Below, one piece after another: positions 29,087 to 38,263 of a stretch of DNA of 49,490 nucleotides (positions are counted from its first letter, which is position 1; every line of letters starts with the position of its first letter). The notes under the pieces are model-generated. The model saw only the letters and a list, made by a program, of their open reading frames with translations. It made no database searches and was not told where the DNA came from. The DNA comes from Eubacteriales bacterium (GTDB lineage: Bacteria; Bacillota; Clostridia; Oscillospirales; CAG-272). The stretch is from positions 1 through 49,490 of the forward strand of contig JAZNAM010000004.1 in assembly GCA_045586515.1 (NCBI GenBank), given 5' to 3'. The translations under genes were made by a program, and so were the position numbers.

Positions 29087-30013
29087 ATGAGTAGTTTTGA
29101 GAATTTGCGCGTGGTGGATAATTTCTACCAAACGTCGCTGTTTTTCCCGATGCCCACCGTGGTGATCAGTACGTTGTGTGAGGATGGTACGACCAGTCTT
29201 GGGCCGTACTCTCTGGTACAGCCCTACTACGTGGCGGGCAAAGACTACTATGCGATGCTACTTTGTTGCCGCAACTCCTCGAATACGGCGCAAAATATTT
29301 TGCGCAACGGCAAGTGCGCGCTCAACTTCATCGACGATAACCCGAAGGCCTTCAAGGAGGCGGTCAAGCTTTCTTGGCCTGGTGATACACCCGCCGAAAA
29401 GATGCCGCGCTGCAAGTTCAAGCTGGAAAAGAGCATGATCGAGGAGGAAACGGGCGAGGCGCGCCCGATGGTGCTTACCGACGCCATTGAGGTGATCGAG
29501 TGCACGTGGATGCGCGAATTGGATGGCGCGGATCGCGATATGGCGGGTGAGCTGAACGGATACGAACCCCCGTATCACGATTTTAACGGTATTACCAGTA
29601 AGTTCGGCGCGCATTTCATCTTGCGTGTGGATAAAATATTGATGAAGAAGAAGTACCGTGATGCGATCATCAACGGCGTACGCGCCAAGGATTTTCCCGC
29701 GCTCCCCGTGGATTACGGCTACCGCGACAGCAAGAACTTTTGGTTCCACCGCAAGCGCCGCATGCGCGCGGAACTCTTACAGGTGCGCGAGGCATCGCTC
29801 GCTTCTGTGCGTTACGCGGCGGATCGCGTAGACGACAAGATCAAATTTACCGACGACGCACTTCGCACCGTGTTGGGTGTGCCACGCGTGTTCTTGCCTT
29901 TGGTTTTGAAGGGTTGTGTGGCGTGGGCACGTGAGAACGACGTTACCCTCATCACCGCAGAGCATATGCAGATCATCAACGACAAACGCGCCAAGGAAAA
30001 GGCGAAGAAATAA
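29087..30013 (+). CDS. Flavin-reductase-like (FMN split-barrel) protein with C-terminal PCP_red-like helical domain
   Basis: PMPTVVIST..LGPYS..SNTAQNILRNGKCALNF; C-terminal FTDDA..VPRVF..WARENDVTLIT. Confidence 0.65.
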   Translation: MSSFENLRVVDNFYQTSLFFPMPTVVISTLCEDGTTSLGPYSLVQPYYVAGKDYYAMLLCCRNSSNTAQNILRNGKCALNFIDDNPKAFKEAVKLSWPGDTPAEKMPRCKFKLEKSMIEEETGEARPMVLTDAIEVIECTWMRELDGADRDMAGELNGYEPPYHDFNGITSKFGAHFILRVDKILMKKKYRDAIINGVRAKDFPALPVDYGYRDSKNFWFHRKRRMRAELLQVREASLASVRYAADRVDDKIKFTDDALRTVLGVPRVFLPLVLKGCVAWARENDVTLITAEHMQIINDKRAKEKAKK

Positions 30014-30023
30014 GGAGAACACT

Positions 30024-30530
30024 ATGAGTAACGTAAAGAACGATCCCAAGTATAAAAACGGTTTGTTGCAGGCAGTACGCGCGCAGCTTGAGCATAGAGC
30101 TTTTTGGCTGTATCTGCTTTGCGACGAGGCGAAGAAGCGCGGACTTGACCCCAGAGATTTTGCCTCGGATGCAGTGAAGCGCTGTGGTCTTTCGCAGGGC
30201 GCAGAATTGGTGGCAAAGGGCAAGACGGATAGCCTCAAGGGACTTCGCAAAACCCTGTTTACCAAGCCCGCACAGTTTGTGTTTGAAATGAAGATCTTGG
30301 AGAGCACCGATGACAAGCTTTCCATTGACTTCCACTATTGCCCCCTGGTGAAGGCATGGCAGAAGGCGGGCTGCTCGGATGAGGAGATCGCGATGCTTTG
30401 CGATATTGCCATGTGCGGCGACCACGGTATCGGTGAGTGCTACGGTAGTGTGCTCGATCTCCCTAAGTGCATTGCCAAGGGCGACGATATTTGCGCGCTC
30501 CGTTATCACAAAAAAGAAGAAAATACATAA
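30024..30530 (+). CDS. L-2-amino-thiazoline-4-carboxylic acid hydrolase family protein
   Basis: FHYCPLVKAW, LCDIAMCGD, IAKGDDIC Cys pattern. Confidence 0.8.
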   Translation: MSNVKNDPKYKNGLLQAVRAQLEHRAFWLYLLCDEAKKRGLDPRDFASDAVKRCGLSQGAELVAKGKTDSLKGLRKTLFTKPAQFVFEMKILESTDDKLSIDFHYCPLVKAWQKAGCSDEEIAMLCDIAMCGDHGIGECYGSVLDLPKCIAKGDDICALRYHKKEENT

Positions 30531-30548
30531 TCCGAAAGGGGTGCTACT

Positions 30549-30854
30549 ATGGCTGTTTTGAAAATCACCAAAGAGAATTTTACCGAGGTGACGGGTAGAG
30601 GACTTCCCGTGCTGATTGATTTTTATGCAGATTGGTGTGGCCCTTGCCGCATGATGGCACCCGTGATGGAGGAGATCGCCGCCGAGCGCGAGGACGTGCT
30701 GGTCGGCAAGATCAACGTGGACGAGGAAGGCGAGCTTGCCGCCGCGTTTGGTGTGCAGAGCATTCCGCTGATCGTGCTGTACCGTGACGGAAAGGTGGTT
30801 GCGCAGTCACTTGGCGCACGCCCGAAAGCAAGCATTGAGGCAATGCTGAACTGA
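30549..30854 (+). CDS. trxA: Thioredoxin
   Basis: DFYADWCGPCR, cis-Pro SIP. Confidence 0.95.
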   Translation: MAVLKITKENFTEVTGRGLPVLIDFYADWCGPCRMMAPVMEEIAAEREDVLVGKINVDEEGELAAAFGVQSIPLIVLYRDGKVVAQSLGARPKASIEAMLN

Positions 30855-30859
30855 ACGTG

Positions 30860-30897
30860 TAAAAAAGCCGATGCAAATTTTTTGCATCGGCTTTTTT
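30860..30897 (+). terminator. Rho-independent terminator
   Basis: AAAAAAGCCGATGCAAA..TTTGCATCGGCTTTTTT. Confidence 0.8.
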
Positions 30898-30961
30898 GCG
30901 CTTGTTTTTTTCTTTGCCGCGTGCTATAATAGAGAAAATGACGGCGGGGAGGTGTTGCCGC

Positions 30962-31879
30962 GTGACAATTGCATACGGCGTAATGCTTACACTTGCGGCA
31001 TTGCTCTTTGTTGGCCATCTGGTGCTTGTAAAAAAGCGCGAGCCGTGGCTCACACTTCTGTTTGGCTGTGTAACGGTGGTGAATTTTGGCTATTTTTTGC
31101 TGTCACTGGCAGAAACGCTGTCTTTCGCCATTTTTGCCAACGACGTGGCGTATCTCGGCTCGGTGTTCCTCTCCGCGTGTATGCTCTTTACAGTGATGAA
31201 ACTGTGCGGATTTAAGCCGCGCCGTGCGCTGATTGTGACGCTGCTCGCAATCGGGGTTGTCATGCTTGCCATCGTTTGCACATCGGGGCTGTTGCCGCTG
31301 TACTATCGCGAGGTGTCGCTCACGTTTGTGGACGGTGCCGCCAAACTTGAAAAGGTATACGGCGTGCTGCATCCTGTGTATCTTTTCTACACGCTGGCGT
31401 ATTTTGCGGCGATGATCACTGCCATTATCTATTCAGCATATCGTCACACGGTGGGGAAGCGCCGCTTTGCCGCCCTCATTGCGGCGGTGGTGTGCGGCAA
31501 CATTCTTGTGTGGGTGGTGGAGAAATTTATTCCGTGGAACTTTGAATTTCTCTCCGTGACTTATATCTTGTCCGAACTCGTGTTACTGCTTGTGTACTGG
31601 ATGATCGAGGAGTATATCCACGTGCAGGATATGGCGCAACGCGAGGACGATGAGGGCGAGCGTATGATGCGCGTGCTTTCCCGACTTGCTAAGGGTGAAA
31701 CACTTTCTCCGCGTGAGCAAGAGATCTTAACGCTTGTATTAAGAGGCAAAAAACGGCGCGACATTGCAAGCGCGCTCCATTTGTCGGAAAACACCGTCAA
31801 AACATACACACGCACGCTCTACGCCAAGATCGGTGTGGCATCTCGCGACGAGCTGTATGCGTGGCTTGACGAGCAATAA
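30962..31879 (+). CDS. Membrane one-component regulator: N-terminal 7TM (HisKA_7TM-like) sensor plus LuxR HTH
   Basis: About seven TM helices with AYLGSVF and KVYGVLHPVY; C-terminal LSPREQEIL..IASALHLSENTVKTY..KIGV. Confidence 0.85.
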   Translation: MTIAYGVMLTLAALLFVGHLVLVKKREPWLTLLFGCVTVVNFGYFLLSLAETLSFAIFANDVAYLGSVFLSACMLFTVMKLCGFKPRRALIVTLLAIGVVMLAIVCTSGLLPLYYREVSLTFVDGAAKLEKVYGVLHPVYLFYTLAYFAAMITAIIYSAYRHTVGKRRFAALIAAVVCGNILVWVVEKFIPWNFEFLSVTYILSELVLLLVYWMIEEYIHVQDMAQREDDEGERMMRVLSRLAKGETLSPREQEILTLVLRGKKRRDIASALHLSENTVKTYTRTLYAKIGVASRDELYAWLDEQ

Positions 31880-31974
31880 ATCAAAATAAAAGGGAACGGT
31901 GCGAGTTTTCGCAGCGTTCCCTTTCTTTTTGAACGAAATAAAGTTGTCACAAAAATTTGACTTTTTTGCATTTT

Positions 31975-32019
31975 CACCCCTTGGGGGTGTAGTGCGCCCT
32001 AACGCGCGCGTGTTACAAT
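31975..32019 (+). promoter_or_regulatory. Candidate LuxR activator site plus extended -10 promoter
   Basis: Palindrome CACCCC-TTG-GGGGTG 31975-31989; TGtTACAAT 32011-32019; no consensus -35. Confidence 0.5.
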
Positions 32020-32067
32020 GGGTTTGGGTAGAACCCAAACCAAGTCCTTTGGGAAGGAGTCACGACA

Positions 32068-34752
32068 ATGAAATCCAAATCTGTAAAACTCACACTTACA
32101 CTACTGTTCACAGCCGTGCTGCTCGTCGGCCTTCTGGTCGGTTTGTCACTTGTGACAAGCGCTGCCGCACCCGCCAGCGTGGCGGTCGGCCCGATTGAGA
32201 ATTTGCAGGACGACTACTACACGGCGTCCGGCACGACGGGCGTGACGCTTGTTGAGCCTGGCGGCGGCTACGCCTACTATAACGACGGCGTGTTGGAGCT
32301 CAACAACTACACGTATGCGGGCTACGGCGAGGGTGACGACGGTCACGGTGGTTGCTACGTGATCTCTTCTGACGGCGATCTTACCGTTCGCCTTGTCGGC
32401 AATAATACGCTGACGGCAGGCGAAGGTGGCATCTTCACCCATGGCAATCTGACGATCACGGGTGACGGCACCCTCACGATCGTTGGCGATATCGACACCT
32501 ATAGTAGCTATACCTTGCGTATCGAGGGTGGCATTATCCACGCCACGGCGTCGGGTACTGTCATCGGTGGCAACGCAACCACCATTGAGCTTACGGGTGG
32601 CTCGGTGACCGCCGTTTGTACGGGTACGGCTCCCGCGTTTGGCGGCGCGCCCGACGTGAGTGGAATGAGCGGCGCGATCCTCACGGCGTCGGTATCGTCG
32701 AGCGGCACGCCCACGACCGATTACACCCCCGGAAACGTTTCGACGTATCACTATTTGAGAGTATCCGAATCCCGTACGGCATCTTTCAATGCCAATACCG
32801 GCACGGGCACGATGGCACCCGTTACGGCAGAGTACGGCATCTTCCGTTTGCCCGAGTGTACCTTTACGCCCCCCACGGGCAAGCGCTTCAAGGCGTGGGC
32901 GGTGCATAGCACAAGCGGTACGCAGGTCGCGGCAGGCGAGCGCTTTGATATACTGAGCAATATGACCTTCTACGCGATCTGGGAGGACGATACCGTTACG
33001 TACTACTACATCCCCGGTGAAGCGGAAGGCTCGTCTGAATTCGACGAGATCGTGAAGGGTGGCACGCTGGAGCTGCCCGACTGTATGTTTGAAGCCCCTG
33101 CGGGCAAGCAATTCGCCTATTGGCAGATCGGCAACCCCGCCGTGGCAACGAAGTATCCCGGTGATGAGATCACAATAAATGATGAAACCTACATCATCGC
33201 TATTTGGGAAGCACTTGTCTACGACGTGAACTTTGACGCGAATGGCGGCACGGGCACGATGGCAGCGCTTGAGGGCGTCGCCACGCCCTACACCCTGCCC
33301 AATTGCACCTTCGTAGCCCCCGCGGGCAAGCAGTTCAAGTGCTGGGCACTCGGTAGTGCCGAGGGCGCACGGTATAATGCGGGCACCGAGATTGACCTCA
33401 CGGGCGACACCACGCTTTACGCGATCTGGGAGGATATCCCCGTCACCTGTTACACCGTGACCTTCTACGCGAACGGCGGTACGGGCACGATGACGCCCGT
33501 CACGGTACCCGCAGGTGAGTACGAGATTCCCGCGTGTACGTTCACAGCCCCTACGGGCAAGTTCTTTACAGCTTGGGCACAAGGCTCTCCCAATGGCCTT
33601 GCCTATTACGAGGGCGACACCTATATGCTGACGGCAGACACGGCGTTCTATGCGTTGTGGGAGTATGAGTATTATGGCATTATGATCGGTAACGCCGAGG
33701 TCACGGCAGAAAACAATACCGACGTGTTTGGCGACGGTAAGGTATCTTACGATCCCGCCACCAAGACGCTGACGCTGAACGGATACAGCTACACGGGCGA
33801 AGGAATGGGAATTGGCGACTCCCCCCGCGTACTGATCGGCGCTGCTGTTTCCGGACTTGCGATTCGCCTGGAGGGCAACAACACGATCACCGGCACCCAC
33901 GCGAAGAGCATGGCACTGGTGCTGGAGGGCGCGACGACGATCACGGGTAGCGGTACGCTCACCATTACCACGCCGTATATGGCTATTTTCAATGAATCGA
34001 TGGGGCTCCTGACCATTGCGGACGGTACGCTCGATTTGACGGTAACGGGCAATGCGGAGCAGGCGGCTGCGCTTGTGGCACACAAACTCGCAATTACGGG
34101 CGGTACGCTCAAGGTAAACTCGACGAGAGTTGGCGTATATACAGCCACGGCAGAAAACCTCAGCATCACGGGCGGTGATATCACCGTGTCGGTCACGAAT
34201 GCAGGCATGGCGTTCGTCATTGCGGCGGGTATGGATCCGGATCCCAATATGCCCGATCTTGACGAGTATGACGGTGCAACGCTGACGGTGAGCGTCAATG
34301 CGGACGGCACGGAAGCGGGCGCGTATAACGAAAGCAACCTGGCAACCTACAAGTACGTGTCGATCAAGACGCCCACCGCACCTGGTGGCGGCGGTAACGG
34401 TGGCGATAACGGCGGTGGTAACAACGGTGGCAACAACAGCGGCAACAACGGTGGTAACAACGGTGGTAATACCGGTAATGGTGGCGATACCGGCAATAAC
34501 GGTGGCAACACCAACACCGACGCCGGCAACAATACCGGCAGCACCAATACCGATAACACCAACACGGGCAATACCGATACGAACGCTCCCGCCGACACCA
34601 AGGAAGACGACAAGGAAGGCCTTGGCGCAGGCGTGATCGTGGCGATCACGCTCGGCAGCACTGTGGTAGGCGGTTGCGGCATCTTCGCCCTTATTTGGTT
34701 TGCCATCAAGAAAAAGACCTGGGCGGAGCTTGTTGCTATTTTCAAGAAATAA
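32068..34752 (+). CDS. Secreted membrane-anchored surface protein with four InlB B-repeat-like (Flg_new) domains and beta-helix-like domains
   Basis: Signal peptide; four F.ANGGTGTM..LP.CTF..P.GK.F..W..YAIWE-type units; G/N/T linker; C-terminal TM helix plus KKK. Confidence 0.88.
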   Translation: MKSKSVKLTLTLLFTAVLLVGLLVGLSLVTSAAAPASVAVGPIENLQDDYYTASGTTGVTLVEPGGGYAYYNDGVLELNNYTYAGYGEGDDGHGGCYVISSDGDLTVRLVGNNTLTAGEGGIFTHGNLTITGDGTLTIVGDIDTYSSYTLRIEGGIIHATASGTVIGGNATTIELTGGSVTAVCTGTAPAFGGAPDVSGMSGAILTASVSSSGTPTTDYTPGNVSTYHYLRVSESRTASFNANTGTGTMAPVTAEYGIFRLPECTFTPPTGKRFKAWAVHSTSGTQVAAGERFDILSNMTFYAIWEDDTVTYYYIPGEAEGSSEFDEIVKGGTLELPDCMFEAPAGKQFAYWQIGNPAVATKYPGDEITINDETYIIAIWEALVYDVNFDANGGTGTMAALEGVATPYTLPNCTFVAPAGKQFKCWALGSAEGARYNAGTEIDLTGDTTLYAIWEDIPVTCYTVTFYANGGTGTMTPVTVPAGEYEIPACTFTAPTGKFFTAWAQGSPNGLAYYEGDTYMLTADTAFYALWEYEYYGIMIGNAEVTAENNTDVFGDGKVSYDPATKTLTLNGYSYTGEGMGIGDSPRVLIGAAVSGLAIRLEGNNTITGTHAKSMALVLEGATTITGSGTLTITTPYMAIFNESMGLLTIADGTLDLTVTGNAEQAAALVAHKLAITGGTLKVNSTRVGVYTATAENLSITGGDITVSVTNAGMAFVIAAGMDPDPNMPDLDEYDGATLTVSVNADGTEAGAYNESNLATYKYVSIKTPTAPGGGGNGGDNGGGNNGGNNSGNNGGNNGGNTGNGGDTGNNGGNTNTDAGNNTGSTNTDNTNTGNTDTNAPADTKEDDKEGLGAGVIVAITLGSTVVGGCGIFALIWFAIKKKTWAELVAIFKK
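34381..34590 (+). repeat. Low-complexity Gly/Asn/Thr coding repeat (linker)
   Basis: Tandem GGT/GGC/AAC codons encoding GGNNGG..NTD. Confidence 0.85.
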
Positions 34753-34791
34753 CAAGATATAAACTGTCAATGCACACAGCGTGATTTTTCA

Positions 34792-34823
34792 CAAAAAGGG
34801 GCAAGCACCGCTTGCCCCTTTTT
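34792..34823 (+). terminator. Rho-independent terminator
   Basis: AAAAAGGGGCAAGC-ACC-GCTTGCCCCTTTTT. Confidence 0.8.
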
Positions 34824-34884
34824 CCGTTTTTTCCATTGACAACTATGGGGAAACAGCGTATAATTAAGGGCAAGTAAGAAGGGG

Positions 34885-35397
34885 GTGATCCTTGTGAGAG
34901 GAACAACTAAAAAAATCGTATTTACGGCGATGTTTGCCGCGCTTGTTTGCGTTGCGACGATGCTTGTAAAGATTCCGTCGCCGCTTAAAGGCTACATCAA
35001 TCTTGGCGATTGCGTGGTGCTTGCCGCAGGATTTTTGCTCTCGCCCCTGTATGGCTTTTTGGCGGCGGGTCTTGGCTCTGCGCTTGCCGATCTGTTTGCG
35101 GGCTATGGCGTCTACGCACCTGCGACCTTCGTGATCAAAGGCGCCATGGCATTGGTGGTCTGCTTGGGCGTGCGATTTTTGGCGAAGCGCATGCGCAAAC
35201 TTCCCACTCGCATCGTGTTTGGTGTGATTGCCGAGCTTTGGATGATTGGCGGTTATTTTTTGTTTGAGGGCGCGCTATATGGCTTTGGCGCATCGCTTGT
35301 CAATATTCCCGCCAACGCCGTACAAGGCGTTGCGGGCGTGATTCTTGGCGTGTTGCTCACTGCCGCGCTGGATCGCAGTAAAATCAGCTTTGATTAG
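34885..35397 (+). CDS. ECF transporter S component (vitamin-type)
   Basis: TAMFAALVCVAT, GYINLGD, GSALADL, TFVIKG; TTGACA/TATAAT promoter upstream. Confidence 0.88.
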   Translation: MILVRGTTKKIVFTAMFAALVCVATMLVKIPSPLKGYINLGDCVVLAAGFLLSPLYGFLAAGLGSALADLFAGYGVYAPATFVIKGAMALVVCLGVRFLAKRMRKLPTRIVFGVIAELWMIGGYFLFEGALYGFGASLVNIPANAVQGVAGVILGVLLTAALDRSKISFD

Positions 35398-35527
35398 GCG
35401 CTTGGCGTACAAGCCACGTGTTACACAAAAGGGGAAGGCGACACAGCTCTTCCCCTTTTGTATTGACTTTTTGGGGAAAAGTGGTATAATGATAACAGTA
35501 AATTTTCAAGAAAGGGGGGGGCTTTGG

Positions 35528-36814
35528 ATGTCCGAGAAAAAGGAGCAGTTGCAATGGGTGCGTTTGGATACTGCGGCAACGATTTTTCCTGCCGCAACAC
35601 GTAAAAATTGGAGCAATGTATTTCGCCAGTCGATCACGCTTACCGAAGACGTGCACGTGGATGTGTTGCGAGAAGCGCTGGACGTCACGATAAAGCGTTT
35701 CCCCTCGATTTGCACGCGCCTTCGCCGCGGTGTGTTTTGGTATTATTTGCAACAGGTGGAGGAAGCACCCGATGTGATGCGCGAGAGCAGTTATCCGCTT
35801 GTCTATATGAGCCACAAAGAGATCCGCAAATGCGCGTTTCGTGTGATCGTGTACCACAACCGCATCGCGGTAGAGTTTTTCCATTCCGTGACGGATGGCA
35901 CGGGCGGGATGATCTTTCTTAAATCGCTCGTTGCCGAGTATCTTGAACGCCGTTACGGCGTTAAGATCCCTTGTGAGAACGGCGTACTTGCGCGTGACGA
36001 AGCACCGACAGAAGCGGAACTGGAGAACAGCTTTCACAAGTATTCGGGCCCCGTTGCGGCAAGCCGCAAGAGCACCAACGCGTTTCATATTGACGAGGAG
36101 TTACAAACCGACGGCTTTTTGCACCTGACGTGTTTTCACTTGCCCGTGAAGGAAACGCTGGCGCTTGCGCACGAGCACAATGTGACTGTGACGGTGTTTC
36201 TTTGCGCCGCCATGATGAAGGCGCTCCTTGCCATGCAGGCGGAACAGGTGTCTGATCTGCGTCGCCGTCGCCCGATCAAAGTGCATTTGCCCGTGAATTT
36301 GCGCAGTGTGTTCCCGAGTGAAACGCTTCGCAATTTTATGTCGCTGACCACGCCCGAACTTGATGCGCGCCTTGGTGACTATGAATTTGACGAGATCTGT
36401 GACATCATCAAGCACCGCATGGGATTGGATATTACCCCAAAATATATGAGCGGTATGATCGCCGCGAACGTCAATATTGAGCGCAATCCGCTCGTACGGA
36501 TTATGCCGTTGCCGATCAAGAATATTGCCATGCGAATCGGTTACGATAGCTATGGCGAAAAGAAGGCGTGCCTCACGATGTCTAACCTTGGCGTTGTAAG
36601 GATGCCCGAGGAGATGAGCCGCTATGTGGAGCGTGTGGACTTCCTGCTCGGCAGTCAGTCCAACGCCCCCTACAACTGCGCGGTGGTGTCGTTTGGCGAT
36701 ACGCTGTATCTGAACTTTATTCGCGACATTGAAAGTGCTGAGCTGGAGCGCCGTTTTTATGAGGTGCTTCGCGATATGGGACTCCCCGTTACGGTGGAAA
36801 GTAACAGAAATTGA
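35528..36814 (+). CDS. Alcohol acetyltransferase / condensation-domain (HxxxDG) acyltransferase
   Basis: RLDTAA, FHSVTDGTGG, PVNLR..SETLRNF, SNLG. Confidence 0.85.
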   Translation: MSEKKEQLQWVRLDTAATIFPAATRKNWSNVFRQSITLTEDVHVDVLREALDVTIKRFPSICTRLRRGVFWYYLQQVEEAPDVMRESSYPLVYMSHKEIRKCAFRVIVYHNRIAVEFFHSVTDGTGGMIFLKSLVAEYLERRYGVKIPCENGVLARDEAPTEAELENSFHKYSGPVAASRKSTNAFHIDEELQTDGFLHLTCFHLPVKETLALAHEHNVTVTVFLCAAMMKALLAMQAEQVSDLRRRRPIKVHLPVNLRSVFPSETLRNFMSLTTPELDARLGDYEFDEICDIIKHRMGLDITPKYMSGMIAANVNIERNPLVRIMPLPIKNIAMRIGYDSYGEKKACLTMSNLGVVRMPEEMSRYVERVDFLLGSQSNAPYNCAVVSFGDTLYLNFIRDIESAELERRFYEVLRDMGLPVTVESNRN

Positions 36815-36823
36815 GAGGTTTTT

Positions 36824-37516
36824 ATGTATTGTATCAACTGCGGCGTAAAGCTTGCTGACACCGAAAAGGTGTGTCCGCTTTGCGATACGGTGGTGTATCA
36901 CCCCGATCTGCAACGCGAGGACGCGCGCCCCTTATATCCGCATAACAGACACCCCAAGCTGAAGGCAGGTTCCAAGGTGCTCTCGGGTGTGGTGCTGTTT
37001 TTGTACTTTATCCCCGTGGTAGTGACGTTTCTTGCGGACTTTCAGGTGGATCGCGAACTCAACTGGTTTTTCTACGCTTTGGGCGCGCTGGCGCTTTCCT
37101 ACATTTCGTTTGCCCTGCCGCTGTGGTTTAGAAAGCCCAATCCCGTGATTTTTGTGCCTTGCTCCTTTGCGGCGACGGCGCTCTACCTGTTTTATATCAA
37201 TTTTGCAACGGGCGGTCATTGGTTTTTGACCTTTGCACTTCCTGTGACGGGCGGTTTTTGTTTGATTGCCACCACGGTGGTGACGCTTTTCCGCTACGTA
37301 CCTCGCGGGCGCTTCTATATTCTCGGTGGTGCCGCGCTTGCGACGGGCGGCTTTATGTTGCCGGTTGAGATTTTGCTCACAATTACGTTCCCCTTGCCGT
37401 TTGTCGGTTGGTCAATCTACCCCATGGCGGGGCTTATTCTCATCGGTGGCGCGCTTATTTTCCTTGGCATTAACAGTTCCGCTCGCGCCGTGATGGCACG
37501 CAAGATGTTTATCTAA
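36824..37516 (+). CDS. Zinc-ribbon plus multi-TM membrane protein (DUF6320-like)
   Basis: MYCINCGV..CPLC followed by about six TM helices; 9 bp after the acyltransferase gene. Confidence 0.75.
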   Translation: MYCINCGVKLADTEKVCPLCDTVVYHPDLQREDARPLYPHNRHPKLKAGSKVLSGVVLFLYFIPVVVTFLADFQVDRELNWFFYALGALALSYISFALPLWFRKPNPVIFVPCSFAATALYLFYINFATGGHWFLTFALPVTGGFCLIATTVVTLFRYVPRGRFYILGGAALATGGFMLPVEILLTITFPLPFVGWSIYPMAGLILIGGALIFLGINSSARAVMARKMFI

Positions 37517-37661
37517 AAAACAAAAGCAGGTACGCTCAGTGTGCCTGCTTTTTTGATGCTGCGATGAGATAAAAGTAATGTTGAAAGAGCGGTTGCTATG
37601 TGATATAATGAAAGGGAACTACCAAAGCGTAGCCGAAAACCGAAAACCAACGGAGAGAAGC

Positions 37662-38144
37662 ATGAAAAACACTGAAATTCGTTTTGCAACAGAGGGTGAT
37701 GTTTCCTTGATTTTTGATTTTATCAAGGGGATCGCGGCGTATGAAAAGATGTCCGATCAGGTGGTGGCGAGTGAAGAGTTGCTGCGTGAGTGGATATTCG
37801 AAAAGAAAAAGGCAGAAGTGATTTTTGCAATGGAGGAGGGGAAAGAGGTCGGCTTTGCGCTCTTTTTCCATAACTTTTCTACGTTTGTGGGTAGAGCAGG
37901 CCTTTACCTTGAGGATCTGTACGTGCTGCCCGAATACAGAGGGCGCGGACACGGCAAAGCGCTCATCACAGAGCTTGCTCGCATTGCCGTAGAGCGCGGT
38001 TGCGGCAGAATGGAATGGGTCTGCCTTGATTGGAATGCGCCAAGCATTGCGTTTTATCTGTCGCTTGGCGCGAAGCAGATGAGCGAATGGACGATCTACC
38101 GTTTGGCGGGCGAGAGTCTTCGCGCGCTTGCTGATGGCGAGTAA
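37662..38144 (+). CDS. GNAT N-acetyltransferase (SSAT/diamine acetyltransferase-like)
   Basis: FSTFVGRAGLYLEDLYVLPEYRGRGHG, LDWNAPSIAFY. Confidence 0.92.
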   Translation: MKNTEIRFATEGDVSLIFDFIKGIAAYEKMSDQVVASEELLREWIFEKKKAEVIFAMEEGKEVGFALFFHNFSTFVGRAGLYLEDLYVLPEYRGRGHGKALITELARIAVERGCGRMEWVCLDWNAPSIAFYLSLGAKQMSEWTIYRLAGESLRALADGE

Positions 38145-38263
38145 GGACAACGCTCCTCCTAAGGCTCGCTGATGCTTTGTTTTAAGCCAAACTGTCGAGA
38201 GGGCGTTTGCCCCTCTTGCCCGGACACACGAATAAAGAAAATCCTTTGAAGGAGAGATAGCGC

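Noticed and set aside
34381-34590. Tandem repeats as a possible CRISPR array or VNTR
   Set aside because: In-frame Gly/Asn codon repeats with no repeat-spacer structure and no cas genes.
32146-34770. 874-aa antisense ORF (also 2321-3793 -, 4009-5472 -, 42443-43543 + and many shorter ones)
   Set aside because: Shadow ORFs opposite well-supported genes, explained by codon bias; no recognisable motifs or RBS.
38145-38263. Riboswitch upstream of the Zn-dehydrogenase gene
   Set aside because: Only a GCTGATG word and a short hairpin; the fluoride, SAM and glycine consensus elements are absent.
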